The notes under the pieces are model-generated. The model was given only the letters and a program-made list of their open reading frames with translations, made no database searches and was not told the origin of the DNA. A program made the translations under genes and the position numbers. A stretch of 64,000 nt of DNA from Vicinamibacteria bacterium (GTDB lineage: Bacteria > Acidobacteriota > Vicinamibacteria > Marinacidobacterales > Marinacidobacteraceae), in NCBI GenBank assembly GCA_963555995.3, contig OY821641.1:2784001-2848000 (forward strand). The letters are read 5' to 3'. Below, one piece after another: positions 19,271 to 29,086 of this stretch; positions within the stretch are counted from its first letter, which is position 1, and every line of letters starts with the position of its first letter.

Positions 19271-20517
19271 CGCGCTACCTCCGCCAGCGCCGCATACAGA
19301 TCCAGGGGACGTTCCTCCGGAGCCATCGCCCCGATCTCCTCCAGCCGACGCCCCATCCGCCCCAGCGGCGCCGGCGCGATCACCCGACCCGTCGAAGCCC
19401 CCTCGTAATGCGACAAGTCGCGCACAAGCAAGGAGTTGCCCTCTCGGGGATGCTCCGCCACCACCTCCCCGCGATCCAACACCTGCACCCGGCGCGCGCA
19501 CCGGCGCACCTCCACCCGGGTCCCCACCAGACGGAACGGCACCGACCAGCTCCGGCTGTCGAACGCCACCGTGCAGTCCTTCCGCACCGGCCGCAGCCCC
19601 ACCAGGTCGAACGGCTCCGGCAACCCCGTGCAGTCCCCCAAATACCCCTGCTCCTCCTCCCAACTCTCCAACACCCCGCGCCCCGTCGCCGGGCTCGTCC
19701 GGCGCGACTCCCACTCCAGCAACCGAGCGTCCGTCCACGCCTGCAACTCCTCCAGGCTCGACCACTCGCTCGTCGGCCCCGGACCCCAACCCCGCAGGTC
19801 CAGGATCCCTCGCTCCACCTTCCCCTTCGCCTCCGGAGACCGCGGCGGACAGGGATCGATGTGAAACCGCGCCTCCTCCGCATACCGCAAATAGGCCCGG
19901 TTCACCTCCCCCCAGACCCCCGCGCCGCGCACTATCGCCGTCTTCACGTTGTCCATCCGTACCGTCGCCGTCACCCCCTTCAGACGCACAAACGCCTGCC
20001 CGTGAACCCACAACCACGACAGCGTGTCCTTCAACGGGGACCACACCACCGCGCTCTTCCGCGAAAAGCTCAACCGCAGCGCAAACGCACTTACCCCCCG
20101 CCGGCCTCCAACCAGCATCCCCGGCGCCTCCGCCCAGTCCGCCTGCGCCTGCGCCCCCGGCGGCGTCTCCACCCGACGCCGCGCCCGTACCCGGCCCGGA
20201 CCCAACCGACGACGCAGATACCGCTGCACCGACCGCAGGCTCCCCACATACCCGTGCTCCGCCACCAAATGCTCGTGCAGCGCCGTCGCGTTCAAGGGCT
20301 GACCCCCCGCAAAGTCCGCGCACCACTCCCGGATCTCCTCCCCAAGCCTCGAAGCGCGCTCAACCTTCCCGCGACCGTCGCGCCTACCCTCCTCGCGACC
20401 CAGCTCGTAGCGAACCTGACGCTCGCTCACCCGCGCCGCCCGCGCGATCTCACGCCGGGAACAACCACGCTCCGAAAGCGCCCTGATCGTCATCCGAAGC
20501 TCCTTGCTGAGTGCCAT
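19264..20517 (-). CDS. istA: IS21 DDE transposase
   Basis: N-terminal HTH, ETPPGAQAQADW, DNVKTA, KGKVER, WSVP. Confidence 0.95.
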   Translation of the reverse strand: MALSKELRMTIRALSERGCSRREIARAARVSERQVRYELGREEGRRDGRGKVERASRLGEEIREWCADFAGGQPLNATALHEHLVAEHGYVGSLRSVQRYLRRRLGPGRVRARRRVETPPGAQAQADWAEAPGMLVGGRRGVSAFALRLSFSRKSAVVWSPLKDTLSWLWVHGQAFVRLKGVTATVRMDNVKTAIVRGAGVWGEVNRAYLRYAEEARFHIDPCPPRSPEAKGKVERGILDLRGWGPGPTSEWSSLEELQAWTDARLLEWESRRTSPATGRGVLESWEEEQGYLGDCTGLPEPFDLVGLRPVRKDCTVAFDSRSWSVPFRLVGTRVEVRRCARRVQVLDRGEVVAEHPREGNSLLVRDLSHYEGASTGRVIAPAPLGRMGRRLEEIGAMAPEERPLDLYAALAEVARW

Positions 20518-21063
20518 GGCGGTCCCCCTGAAGCGAGAACCGAAGCCTCAGCCAACGACGCAAACAGGTGACAAAGTTCGTGTCGTTTAAGCCCGATCTT
20601 TACCTGTCGTTTGACATCCCCAGACCGGCACAGCGGCGCTCCGCACCACGCACGGCGCAACTCCACCCACCCACACCGCGTCCCCGGCTTGGAACGCCGG
20701 TCTCCAGACCGGCACAGCGGCGCTCCGCGCCGCCCACGGCGCAACTCCACCCACCCACACGGCGTCCACAGCTTGGAACGCCGGTCTCCAGACCGGCACA
20801 GCGGCGCTCCGCGCCGCGCACGGCGCAACTCCACCCGCCCACACGGCGTCCACAGCTTGGAACGCCGGTCTCCAGACCGGCACAGCGGCGCTCCGCGCCG
20901 CGCACGGCGCAACTCCACCCGCCCACACGGCGTCCCCGGCCGGGAACGCCGGCCCGCCCGACCGGCACCGCCCGCCGCAGGCGGGCGAAGCGCACAATTC
21001 CCGCCACTCCCGAGGCGCCGTCGCCCCCGTACACTCTCCCCCCGAAAGGCCCATCACCCACCC

Positions 21064-21996
21064 ATGAACGACCCCTCCCCCATCGGCTACGACCAGCCGC
21101 TCTTCATCCAGCCCTTCGACCACCGGGGCAGCTTCACCAAGTCCTATTTCGGCTTCCGCGGCGCCCCGGAAATCTCACCCGCAAGCGACGGATTCGCCCC
21201 CGTGACGGCGGCGAAGAGCCTGATCTACCGCGGCCTCCTCCAGGCGATCGAGGGCGGGATTCCGAAAGAGCAGGTCGGCATCCTGGTGGACGCGCAGTTC
21301 GGCAGCCAGATCCTCGCCGACGCGGCGGCGCGGGGGATTCCGCGGGCGCTCTGCATCGAAAAGAGCGGCCAGTCGGTCTTCGACTTCGAGTACGGGGTGC
21401 GCTGGGTGACGCACATCCGCTATCACCGCCCGCAGATCGTGAAAGTGCTGGTGCGGCTGCATCCCGACGATCCGGTGGCCGACACCGCAGTGCAGCTCAG
21501 CCGGCTGCAACTGGTCTCCGACTACCTCCACGGCCCCGAGCGGCGCCTGTTCATGTTCGAGTTGCTCGTCCCGGCCACGACCCCCGAGGACAAGGGAGCC
21601 GGGGCCGCCTACGACCGGGAGCTGCGGCCCGGCCACATGGTGCGCGCCATCCAGATGATCCAGGACTTCGGCATCGAACCGGACATCTGGAAGATCGAGG
21701 GCGTGGACCGGGCGGAGGACGCCGAACGGGTCGCGGCGGCAGTCCGCAGCGGGCCGGGCCGGGAGCGCGTCGGCTCCATCGTTCTGGGAAGGGGTTCCGA
21801 CGCCGCCCAGGTCCACGAATGGCTCCGGGTCGCGGCCCCGGTGGACGGGTTCATCGGATTCGCGGTCGGCCGCACCAACTTCCGCGAGCCGCTCGGAGCC
21901 CACCTGAACGGCGAACTCGGCGAAGGGGACGCGATCGCGCAGATCGCCGCCAACTACCGCTCCTGCGTGGACACCTGGCGCGCCGCGCGGGGCTGA
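21064..21996 (+). CDS. DUF2090 family aldolase-like TIM-barrel protein (related to the IolC C-terminal domain)
   Basis: PFDHRGSF, GILVDAQFG, EKSGQ, PDIWKIEG, VLGRG, GFAVGRT. Confidence 0.88.
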   Translation: MNDPSPIGYDQPLFIQPFDHRGSFTKSYFGFRGAPEISPASDGFAPVTAAKSLIYRGLLQAIEGGIPKEQVGILVDAQFGSQILADAAARGIPRALCIEKSGQSVFDFEYGVRWVTHIRYHRPQIVKVLVRLHPDDPVADTAVQLSRLQLVSDYLHGPERRLFMFELLVPATTPEDKGAGAAYDRELRPGHMVRAIQMIQDFGIEPDIWKIEGVDRAEDAERVAAAVRSGPGRERVGSIVLGRGSDAAQVHEWLRVAAPVDGFIGFAVGRTNFREPLGAHLNGELGEGDAIAQIAANYRSCVDTWRAARG

Positions 21997-22038
21997 TCCT
22001 GACGAGGGTTGAATCGTGCAATCCAATCGCACTCCGTG

Positions 22039-23112
22039 ATGCTGAATGAACATACTCGCGGCATAGACGACATCGTAGCCATCCTCGGGCAGGACGCGGC
22101 CCTCCTGGAGCACCGATGTTCGGGCATCATGAAGTCCAGCCTGCACCTGCCGGGGCCGGATTTCGTCGGTCGCTGCGTCGCTCCTTCAGACCGGCCGGCG
22201 CGGGTGCTGACGAGCCTGCAGGCGCTGTTCGATCACGGACGCCTCGCGGGCACGGGGTACGTCTCGATCCTGCCCGTGGACCAGGGGATCGAACACTCGG
22301 CGGGCGCTTCGTTCGCACCCAACCCGGAGTACTTCGACCCCGAGCGGCTCCTGAACCTGGCGATCGAGGGGGGCTGCAACGCGGTGGCCTCCACACTCGG
22401 AGTGCTGGGCGCCTGCGCCCGACGCTACGCGCACCGGATTCCGTTCATCCTGAAGCTCAACCACAACGAACTCCTGTCGTACCCCAACTCGTACGACCAG
22501 GTCCGTTTCGCAAACGTCGAGCAGGCCTTCGACATGGGCGCCATGGGCGTGGGCGCGACGATCTACTTCGGGTCCGAGGAGTCGGAGCGGCAGATTCAGG
22601 AGGTCACGGCGTGGTTCCAACAGGCGCACGAACTCGGGATGTTCACCGTCCTCTGGTGCTATCTCCGCAACGCGGCGTTCCGGAAGGATGGGATGGACTA
22701 TCACACGGCGGCCGACCTGACCGGCCAGGCGAACCATCTGGGCGCCACGATCGGGGCGGACATCATCAAGCAGAAGCTGCCGGAGACGAACGGCGGCTAC
22801 CCGGCCCTCCAGTTCGGAAAGACCCACCCCAAGGTGTACGACACGCTGACGAGTGACCACCCGATTGATCTGTGCCGCTACCAAGTGGCGAACTGCTACC
22901 TGGGCAGGGTCGGACTGATCAATTCGGGCGGCGCGTCGGCAGGTGACAGCGATCTCAAGGAGGCGGTGAGGACCGCCGTCATCAACAAGCGGGCGGGCGG
23001 CATGGGCCTCATCTCGGGCCGCAAGGCCTTTCAGCGGACGATGCCCGAGGGGATCGCACTCCTGAACGCGATCCAGGACGTGTACCTGGCGCCCGAGATC
23101 ACGGTCGCCTGA
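22039..23112 (+). CDS. fbaB: Class I fructose-bisphosphate aldolase (DhnA type)
   Basis: [47 protein letters not shown]; start uncertain. Confidence 0.95.
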   Translation: MLNEHTRGIDDIVAILGQDAALLEHRCSGIMKSSLHLPGPDFVGRCVAPSDRPARVLTSLQALFDHGRLAGTGYVSILPVDQGIEHSAGASFAPNPEYFDPERLLNLAIEGGCNAVASTLGVLGACARRYAHRIPFILKLNHNELLSYPNSYDQVRFANVEQAFDMGAMGVGATIYFGSEESERQIQEVTAWFQQAHELGMFTVLWCYLRNAAFRKDGMDYHTAADLTGQANHLGATIGADIIKQKLPETNGGYPALQFGKTHPKVYDTLTSDHPIDLCRYQVANCYLGRVGLINSGGASAGDSDLKEAVRTAVINKRAGGMGLISGRKAFQRTMPEGIALLNAIQDVYLAPEITVA

Positions 23113-23139
23113 AACCACCGGAGGAGCGGGCGCTTGCCC

Positions 23140-23198
23140 GTGCGCGGCGCGAAGCGCCGCGTGTGCCGGTCTGGAGGAGACCGGCGTTCCAAGCCGGC
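23140..23198 (-). repeat. Single REP with auxiliary hairpin
   Basis: GCGCGGCGCGAAGCGCCGCG-TGTGCCGGTCTGGAGGAGACCGGCGTTCCAA between convergent genes. Confidence 0.8.
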
Positions 23199-23206
23199 GC
23201 GCCGTC

Positions 23207-24670
23207 TCAGGCGCGGGGCCGCGCCGCTTCCACCAGCTCCGCCACCCGCTCCACCGTTTCCTCGAGCGTGAGGTCGCTGGTGTCGAGGTGGTGGGCGTCC
23301 TGCGCCCGGCGGAGGGGGGCCACCGCCCGGCCGGAGTCGGTGTGGTCGCGGCGGCGGAGTTCGGACTGGACGGCGCCCACGTCGCGGTCTCCCTCGTCCG
23401 AGGAGCGGCGCCGGGCCCGGACCTCCGGCCGCGCGTCCAGAAAGACCTTCACCGGAGCCTCGGGGAAGACCACGGTGCCGATGTCCCGACCCTCGACCAC
23501 CCCGCCGCCCGCCGCGAACTGCCGCCAGCGCTCCACCAGGACCTCGCGCAGTTCGGGATGGACGGCGACCCGGGAGGCGCCGGCGGAAACGTCGGGCGCA
23601 CGGACGGCTTCGGACACGTCGTCGCCGTCGAGGAAGACGCGGCCTTCCGGATCGAGGATCACCCGGTAGGCAAGGGTCCTGAGGGACGGGCCCTCATCGA
23701 GATCCATGTCCTGCCGCATCGCCGCGAGCGCCACCGCGCGCACCGACGCGCCGGTATTGAAGTAGGCGAACCCGAACCGCTCGGCGACCGCGCGCGCCAC
23801 GGATGTCTTTCCGGACCCCGCCGGCCCATCAATCGCAACGACGAACGCCGCGGCCGCGGGCCGAACCGAGGAAGCCGGCGGTTCCGAGTCGGCCGGCTTG
23901 CCGGAAGCCGGCGTCTCCCCGGCACACCGCCGGATGAGGTCCCGCAGTTCCTCCACCTCCTCCCGGCTCAGTTTGCGCCAGCTCCCCGGGGTGAGCCCGG
24001 TATCCGCGAGGCAGCCGATGCGGGTGCGGTGCAACTCCAGAACGGGATGGCCCAGGACGCTCAGCACCCGCCGGATCTCGCGGTTGCGGCCGCCCCGGAG
24101 GGTCACCCGGAGACGCGCGCGGCGCTTCGACTCCGCCCGGTGCGGAAAGCGGGCGATGACCTCGACCTGGTCGAGCCGCAGCCCTTCGCCGTCCACCCGC
24201 ACGCCGCGCTGCGCCCGGTCGAGCACGTCTTCGGCGGGAAGCCCCCGGACGGTGGCGTAGTAGGTCTTCGGCAGCCGGTAGCGCGGATGCGTGACCCGCT
24301 GCGCCAGCTCGCCGTCGTCGGTCAGCAGCACGAGTCCCGAGCTGTTGCCGTCCAACCGTCCGACCGGCGCCAGCGAGCGGAACGAATGGGGCAGCAGATC
24401 CATCACCGTGGAACGGCGTCCCGGGTCCGAGCGGGTGGTCAGATGCCCGATGGGCTTGTTGAGGATCACGTAGCGCCGCGGCCTGCCGAGCTTCCGCAGC
24501 CGCGCTCCGTCCACCCGGATGTCCTGGAGCGCCGGGTCCGCGCGCACCCCGGGAACGCCGACCACCTCCCCGTCCACGGTGACCCGGCCCTCGGCGATCA
24601 TCCGTTCCGCGGCGCGCCGCGAGGCGATCCCCGCCGCGGCGATCAGTTTCTGGAGCCGCTCGGCGGTCAT
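23207..24670 (-). CDS. Fused rRNA pseudouridine synthase (RluB-like) and cytidylate kinase (Cmk)
   Basis: ERLQKLIA S4 domain and VGRLD catalytic motif; then IDGPAGSGKT, EGRDIGTVVFP, RRDHTDSGR..APL in one continuous ORF. Confidence 0.9.
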   Translation of the reverse strand: MTAERLQKLIAAAGIASRRAAERMIAEGRVTVDGEVVGVPGVRADPALQDIRVDGARLRKLGRPRRYVILNKPIGHLTTRSDPGRRSTVMDLLPHSFRSLAPVGRLDGNSSGLVLLTDDGELAQRVTHPRYRLPKTYYATVRGLPAEDVLDRAQRGVRVDGEGLRLDQVEVIARFPHRAESKRRARLRVTLRGGRNREIRRVLSVLGHPVLELHRTRIGCLADTGLTPGSWRKLSREEVEELRDLIRRCAGETPASGKPADSEPPASSVRPAAAAFVVAIDGPAGSGKTSVARAVAERFGFAYFNTGASVRAVALAAMRQDMDLDEGPSLRTLAYRVILDPEGRVFLDGDDVSEAVRAPDVSAGASRVAVHPELREVLVERWRQFAAGGGVVEGRDIGTVVFPEAPVKVFLDARPEVRARRRSSDEGDRDVGAVQSELRRRDHTDSGRAVAPLRRAQDAHHLDTSDLTLEETVERVAELVEAARPRA

Positions 24671-25317
24671 TCGGAGGCCCCGGCGCCGGCGGGATCGGCC
24701 CCGGCGCCCGGCTCCCCGGAGCCTGACTCCGCCGGAACGGGCGCGGCCGAGGCCGGCGTCTCCTCGAACTCGCGGAGCTTCGGCAGGTCCTCCAGCCGGT
24801 CCAGCTCGAACCGCTCGAGGAAGTCCCTGGTGGTCCCGTAGAGGAGCGGACGCCCGACGACCTGCTTGCGGCCCCGCGAGCGGACCAGGCGGTGCTTCAT
24901 GAGGGTGGTGACCACGCTGTGGGAGTTCACCCCGCGGATCTCGTTCAGCTCGGGCAAGGTGATCGGCTGCCGGTAGGCGATGACCGACAGCGCCTCGAGC
25001 GCCGCCTCGGTCAGCGCCTGCTCCCGCTTCGGCGCGATGAGACGCTCGATGGCGCCCTTCCATTCCACCCGGGTGGTGAGCTGGAAGCCCCCCGCGATCC
25101 GGGCCAGCCGCAGTCCGGATTCGAGGGCCGCGTACCGCACCTCCAGTTCGTCGAGGGCGGCGAGCACGTCCTTCACGTCGGTTTCGAGCACCTCGGCCAG
25201 ACGTTCCCCCGTGACCGGCGCCCCGTGGGAAAAGAGCAGCGCCTCCACCGCGGCCGCGAGCCGTTCCCGGTCCACGGCCGGCCCCGACCCCTCCACGCCG
25301 GCGGTTTCGGGGCTCAC
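24667..25317 (-). CDS. scpB: SMC-Scp complex subunit ScpB
   Basis: VEALLF, ALEALSVIAYRQPIT, IRGVNS, GRPLLYGTTRDFL..F.L..L.DLP. Confidence 0.95.
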   Translation of the reverse strand: MSPETAGVEGSGPAVDRERLAAAVEALLFSHGAPVTGERLAEVLETDVKDVLAALDELEVRYAALESGLRLARIAGGFQLTTRVEWKGAIERLIAPKREQALTEAALEALSVIAYRQPITLPELNEIRGVNSHSVVTTLMKHRLVRSRGRKQVVGRPLLYGTTRDFLERFELDRLEDLPKLREFEETPASAAPVPAESGSGEPGAGADPAGAGASE

Positions 25318-25327
25318 CGGGAGATCC

Positions 25328-26158
25328 TCAGTCGGCCGCCAGCCCGGCGATCCGGATCGGACCGAAGTTCTCGTCTTGGCCCACCGAAATGCGGCGTCGG
25401 CGCGCCAGTTCCAGGATCGCCAGGAACGCCGCGACCAGGGTTCCCCGGTCCACGTTGCCCTCGATGACCTCGAAGAGGAGTTCCTCGAAATCGTGCTCGA
25501 CGCCGGGCGGCACGGCGGCCTCGATGCGGCCGATCAGGACCGCCATGGAGATGCGGCGTTCGGGGATCGGCACCTGGGGCCGCGCCCGCGCCCGGACGAC
25601 GACCCGCCGGAAAGCCTCCACCACCGCGAAGAGGTCCACCTGCAGGAGGGTCTCCGGCTCGGCGCTCGCGGAGTCGCCATTCGCCGCTTCGCCCTCCACG
25701 AAACCGAGGGCGGGCTGGCGGACCCACACCGCACGGCGCGCCTCGAGGCTCTCCCGCAACTTGCGGGCGGCGTCCCGGTAGCGGGCGTAGTCCCGGAGCC
25801 GGTCCTCGAGCGCGGCCAGCGGGTCCGCCTCCGCTCCGGCGGCGGCCGGGAGGGGCCGGGGCAGGAGGCGGCGCGCCTTGATCCGGAGGAGCGCGGTCGC
25901 CAGCTTGAGGAACTCGGAGCCGACCCGGAGGTCCAGCATCTCGAGGAGTTCCAGGGTCTCCAGGTACTGCCGGGTGATGGACGCGATCTCGATCCGCAGC
26001 GGATCGGCCTGACCCTCGCGCACCATGCGGAGGAGCAGCTCCAGCGGGCCGTCGAAACCGTCCTCGGCGGGGGAGTCTTCGCCGGCGTCGAACCGGATGC
26101 GGAAACCCGGCCCGGGCGTCCCGAATTCGGTCTCCGGCTGGTAGAGGACCGCTTTCAC
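25328..26158 (-). CDS. scpA: Segregation and condensation protein A
   Basis: FDGPLELLL, ITRQYL, LLRIKARRLLP, FLAILEL...Q...FGPI. Confidence 0.93.
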   Translation of the reverse strand: MKAVLYQPETEFGTPGPGFRIRFDAGEDSPAEDGFDGPLELLLRMVREGQADPLRIEIASITRQYLETLELLEMLDLRVGSEFLKLATALLRIKARRLLPRPLPAAAGAEADPLAALEDRLRDYARYRDAARKLRESLEARRAVWVRQPALGFVEGEAANGDSASAEPETLLQVDLFAVVEAFRRVVVRARARPQVPIPERRISMAVLIGRIEAAVPPGVEHDFEELLFEVIEGNVDRGTLVAAFLAILELARRRRISVGQDENFGPIRIAGLAAD

Positions 26159-26161
26159 GGG

Positions 26162-27187
26162 CTAGCTGCCGGCGAGGGGGAGCCGGACCGCGGCGCGCAC
26201 CCGCTCCATGGTGGCGCGGGCCGCCTCGGACGCCTCGCGCCGGCCGGCGGCCAGGATGTCGTGCACGTCGTCGGGCCGCTGCTCGTATTCGCGCCGCCGC
26301 TCGCCGATGGGGGCGATCTCCGCGACCAGGTGGTCGGCCAGGGCGTTCTTGCACTGGATGCAGCCGATCCCGGCTGTCCGGCAGCCCTCGGCGGCCCAGT
26401 TCTGCGTCTCCCCGTCGGAGAAGATGCGATGGAGGTCGAACACCGGGCACTTCGCCGGATCGCCCGGGTCGCGGAGCCGCTTCCGCGCCGGGTCGGTCAT
26501 CATGGTCTTGAGCTTGCCGCGCACCGAACCTTCGTCTTCGGCGATGCCGATGACGTTGCCGTAGCTCTTCGACATCTTGCGTCCGTCCGTCCCCGGGAGC
26601 CGGGGCGACGGCGTGAGCCGGACGTCGGGTTCGGTGAGCACGTCCCCGTAGAACTGGTTGAACCGGCGGGCGATCTCCCGGGTGAGCTCCACGTGGGGCT
26701 TCTGGTCCTCGCCGACCGGCACCACGGCCGCGTCGTACATGACGATGTCCGCCGCCTGCAGGACGGGATACCCGAGGAACCCGTAGGTGTGGAGGTCCTT
26801 CTCCTTCAACTCCTTGATGAGTTCCTTGTAGGTCGGGACGCGCTCCAGCCAGCCGAGCGGCACCACCATCGAGAGCAGCAGATGGAGTTCGGCGTGCTCG
26901 GGCACCTGCGACTGGACGAAGAGCGTGCAGCGCTTTGGATCGAGCCCCACCGCGAGCCAGTCGGTGGCGATCTCGAGGGTGCTCGCCCGGAGGTCGCTCG
27001 TGTCCTTGTAGTCGGTGGTCAGCGCGTGCCAGTCCACGATGCAGTAGAAGGCGTCGAACTCTTCCTGCATCGCCACCCAGTTGCGGTACGCCCCCACCAG
27101 GTGCCCGAGGTGGGACGATCCGGTGGGCCGCATCCCGGAGAGGAGGCGCTTGCGCCCGCTGCGCGGTGACGTGTCCGTTTCTGCCAT
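26162..27187 (-). CDS. trpS: Tryptophan--tRNA ligase
   Basis: SGMRPTG..HLGH, GYPVLQAADI, PVGEDQ, KMSKS. Confidence 0.97.
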   Translation of the reverse strand: MAETDTSPRSGRKRLLSGMRPTGSSHLGHLVGAYRNWVAMQEEFDAFYCIVDWHALTTDYKDTSDLRASTLEIATDWLAVGLDPKRCTLFVQSQVPEHAELHLLLSMVVPLGWLERVPTYKELIKELKEKDLHTYGFLGYPVLQAADIVMYDAAVVPVGEDQKPHVELTREIARRFNQFYGDVLTEPDVRLTPSPRLPGTDGRKMSKSYGNVIGIAEDEGSVRGKLKTMMTDPARKRLRDPGDPAKCPVFDLHRIFSDGETQNWAAEGCRTAGIGCIQCKNALADHLVAEIAPIGERRREYEQRPDDVHDILAAGRREASEAARATMERVRAAVRLPLAGS

Positions 27188-27201
27188 GAAGCGTCGGGAT
27201 T

Positions 27202-29034
27202 CTACGGGCCGGGCGGTTCGTCGCCGGGATGGAGGCGGGCGTGCAGCGTCGCCGCCAGCGCCGGACCCACGGTTTCCGCGAGTTGGGCTTCGGAGGCTTC
27301 CGTCACCCGCCGCAGGCTCCCGAAGCGGCTCAGCAGCGCCTGCCGCCGCCGGGGGCCGATGCCGGGCAAGCCGTCGAGGGCGGAGCGGAGCGTGGCGGCC
27401 CGGCGGCTCTTGCGGTGGAAGGTGATGGCGAAACGGTGCGCCTCGTCCCGGGCGCGTTCGAGGAGATGGAGCGCGGGAGAGTTCCGGGGCAGCCGGAGCG
27501 GCTCCGGAGCGCCGGGCAGGAAGATCTCCTCCTCGCGCTTCGCGAGACCCGCGTGCGGGATGTGGGTGAGCCCGAGGTCGTGGAGGGCAGCGGCGGCCGA
27601 GCCGAGCTGGCCGCGCCCGCCGTCCACCAGGATCAGGTCGGGCAGTTCCTGGCCCTCGGTGAGCACCCGCCGGTAGCGCCGCAGCACCACCTCGCGCATC
27701 GAGGCGTAGTCGTCGGGCTTTCCCTTGACGGTGCGGATGCGGAACCGCCGGTACGCCGAGGGAAGCGGCTCGCCGCGCTCGAAGACCACCATCGAGGCCA
27801 CCAACTGGCGCCCGCCCAGGTTGGAGACGTCGAACGCCTCGATGCGGCGGGGCTCGGCGGGGAGTTGGAGGGCCTCCTGGAGCGCCCGGACGCGGGCGGC
27901 GGCCTTCCGTCCGGCTTCCCGGAAGTCGAGGTCGAACGCCAGCCGCGCGTTGCGGCAGACCAGGTCCACCATCCGGCGGCGGGCGCCCTTCACCGGGACG
28001 CGGATCTCGACCCGCCCGCCGCGTTTCTCGCCCAGCCAGTCGGCCACCAGCTCGCGCTCGGCGAAGTCGAGCGGCGCTTCGATCCGGGGCGGGGGCATGC
28101 GCCCCATCTCGTAGAACTGCTTCATCGCCGCTTCCACGAGTCCGGCGTCGTCCACCGGCGGCAGCTCCGAAAGCGAGAAAGTGTCCCGGTCCACCACCTT
28201 GCCGCCCCGGACCAGGAACACCTGCAACTGGGCGCGGTCGCCTTCCCGGTAGAGGCCGAACACGTCGCGGGCCTTGCCCTCGGCGGCGGCCATCTTCTGG
28301 CGGTCGTTCAGCTCGGCGAGCAGCTTCAGGCTGTCGCGCAGCCGGGCCGCCTCCTCGAAGCGTTCGGCCTCGGCCTCCTCGCGCATGCGCCGGGTGAGCG
28401 AGGTCGAGAGTTCGGTGGTCCGCCCGAGCAGGAAGAGCCGGGCGGCTTCGGAGGTCTCCCGGTATTCGTCCACCGAGCAGATCGAGTCCACGCAGGGCGC
28501 GACGCAGCGCCGGATCTGGTACTGGAGACAGGGGCGCGGACGCTTCCCGTTGAGCTGCTCGCGGCAGTTCCGGATCCCGAACAGCCGGTGCACGAGGCTC
28601 ATGCTCCGGCGGGCCAGGCTCGCCGGGAAATACGGTCCCGCGTACACCGCGCCATCCGTGCCGGCGCCCCGGACGATGTGGACCCGCGGGTACTTCTCGT
28701 TCATCGTCAGCCGCACGAGCGGCGGGTTCTTGTCGTCCCGGAGCAGGATGTTGTAGCGGGGCCGGCGGGTCTTGATGAGGTTGTTCTCGAGGTGCAGGGC
28801 CTCCCGCGCGGAGTCGGTGAGCACCACCTCCACGTCGGCGATCTGGGAGAGCAGGTTCCCCTTCCGGGCGTCGGGGGGCGGGGTGCGGAGGTGGGAGAGC
28901 ACCCGCGCCTTCACGGAGGCGGCCTTGCCCACGTAGAGCGTCTTCCCCTCCGCCGAGCGGAAGAGATAGACCCCCGCGCTCTCGGGGAGCAGGGCGATCT
29001 TGTTCTCAAGACCGGCAGGAAAACCGGCCGCCAT
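27202..29034 (-). CDS. uvrC: Excinuclease ABC subunit C
   Basis: GIY-YIG (GVYLF...LYVGKA), PRYNILLRDDK, IEAFDVSN, DGGRGQL, RDEAHRFA, HhH. Confidence 0.97.
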   Translation of the reverse strand: MAAGFPAGLENKIALLPESAGVYLFRSAEGKTLYVGKAASVKARVLSHLRTPPPDARKGNLLSQIADVEVVLTDSAREALHLENNLIKTRRPRYNILLRDDKNPPLVRLTMNEKYPRVHIVRGAGTDGAVYAGPYFPASLARRSMSLVHRLFGIRNCREQLNGKRPRPCLQYQIRRCVAPCVDSICSVDEYRETSEAARLFLLGRTTELSTSLTRRMREEAEAERFEEAARLRDSLKLLAELNDRQKMAAAEGKARDVFGLYREGDRAQLQVFLVRGGKVVDRDTFSLSELPPVDDAGLVEAAMKQFYEMGRMPPPRIEAPLDFAERELVADWLGEKRGGRVEIRVPVKGARRRMVDLVCRNARLAFDLDFREAGRKAAARVRALQEALQLPAEPRRIEAFDVSNLGGRQLVASMVVFERGEPLPSAYRRFRIRTVKGKPDDYASMREVVLRRYRRVLTEGQELPDLILVDGGRGQLGSAAAALHDLGLTHIPHAGLAKREEEIFLPGAPEPLRLPRNSPALHLLERARDEAHRFAITFHRKSRRAATLRSALDGLPGIGPRRRQALLSRFGSLRRVTEASEAQLAETVGPALAATLHARLHPGDEPPGP

Positions 29035-29086
29035 TTGAGCCGAATTGTAGGATGCGCCGCCCTAAGGAGCCGCCCGAGAAGAACCC

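Larger units (their letters stand above)
18288..20616 (-). mobile_element. Complete IS21-family insertion sequence, 2329 bp, 5-bp target duplication TCCCC
   Basis: TGTCAA...TTGACA ends; imperfect IRs with internal AAACGACAC..ACTTTGTCACC repeat; TCCCC at 18283-18287 and 20617-20621; carries istA and istB. Confidence 0.95.
18187..20968 (+). repeat. 84-bp tandem array of REP-containing units (5 units plus a partial), interrupted by the IS21
   Basis: Units start at 18187, 18271 (split by the IS), 20689, 20773, 20857 and 20941 (partial); each has a GGAACGCCGGTCTCCAGACCGGCAC-type hairpin plus a GCGGCGCTCCGCGCCGC-type hairpin. Confidence 0.9.

Noticed and set aside
18413-20326. 637-aa extended IstB
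   Set aside because: The Gly-rich extension is an alternative frame of istA; IstB starts near 19270.
20617-20968. CRISPR array
   Set aside because: The 84-bp units are near-identical along their whole length with no unique spacers, the repeat is the dispersed REP, and no cas genes are present.
20490-21123. Repeat-protein ORFs across the REP array
   Set aside because: The 84-bp unit is a multiple of 3 and leaves several frames open on both strands, with no coding signal.
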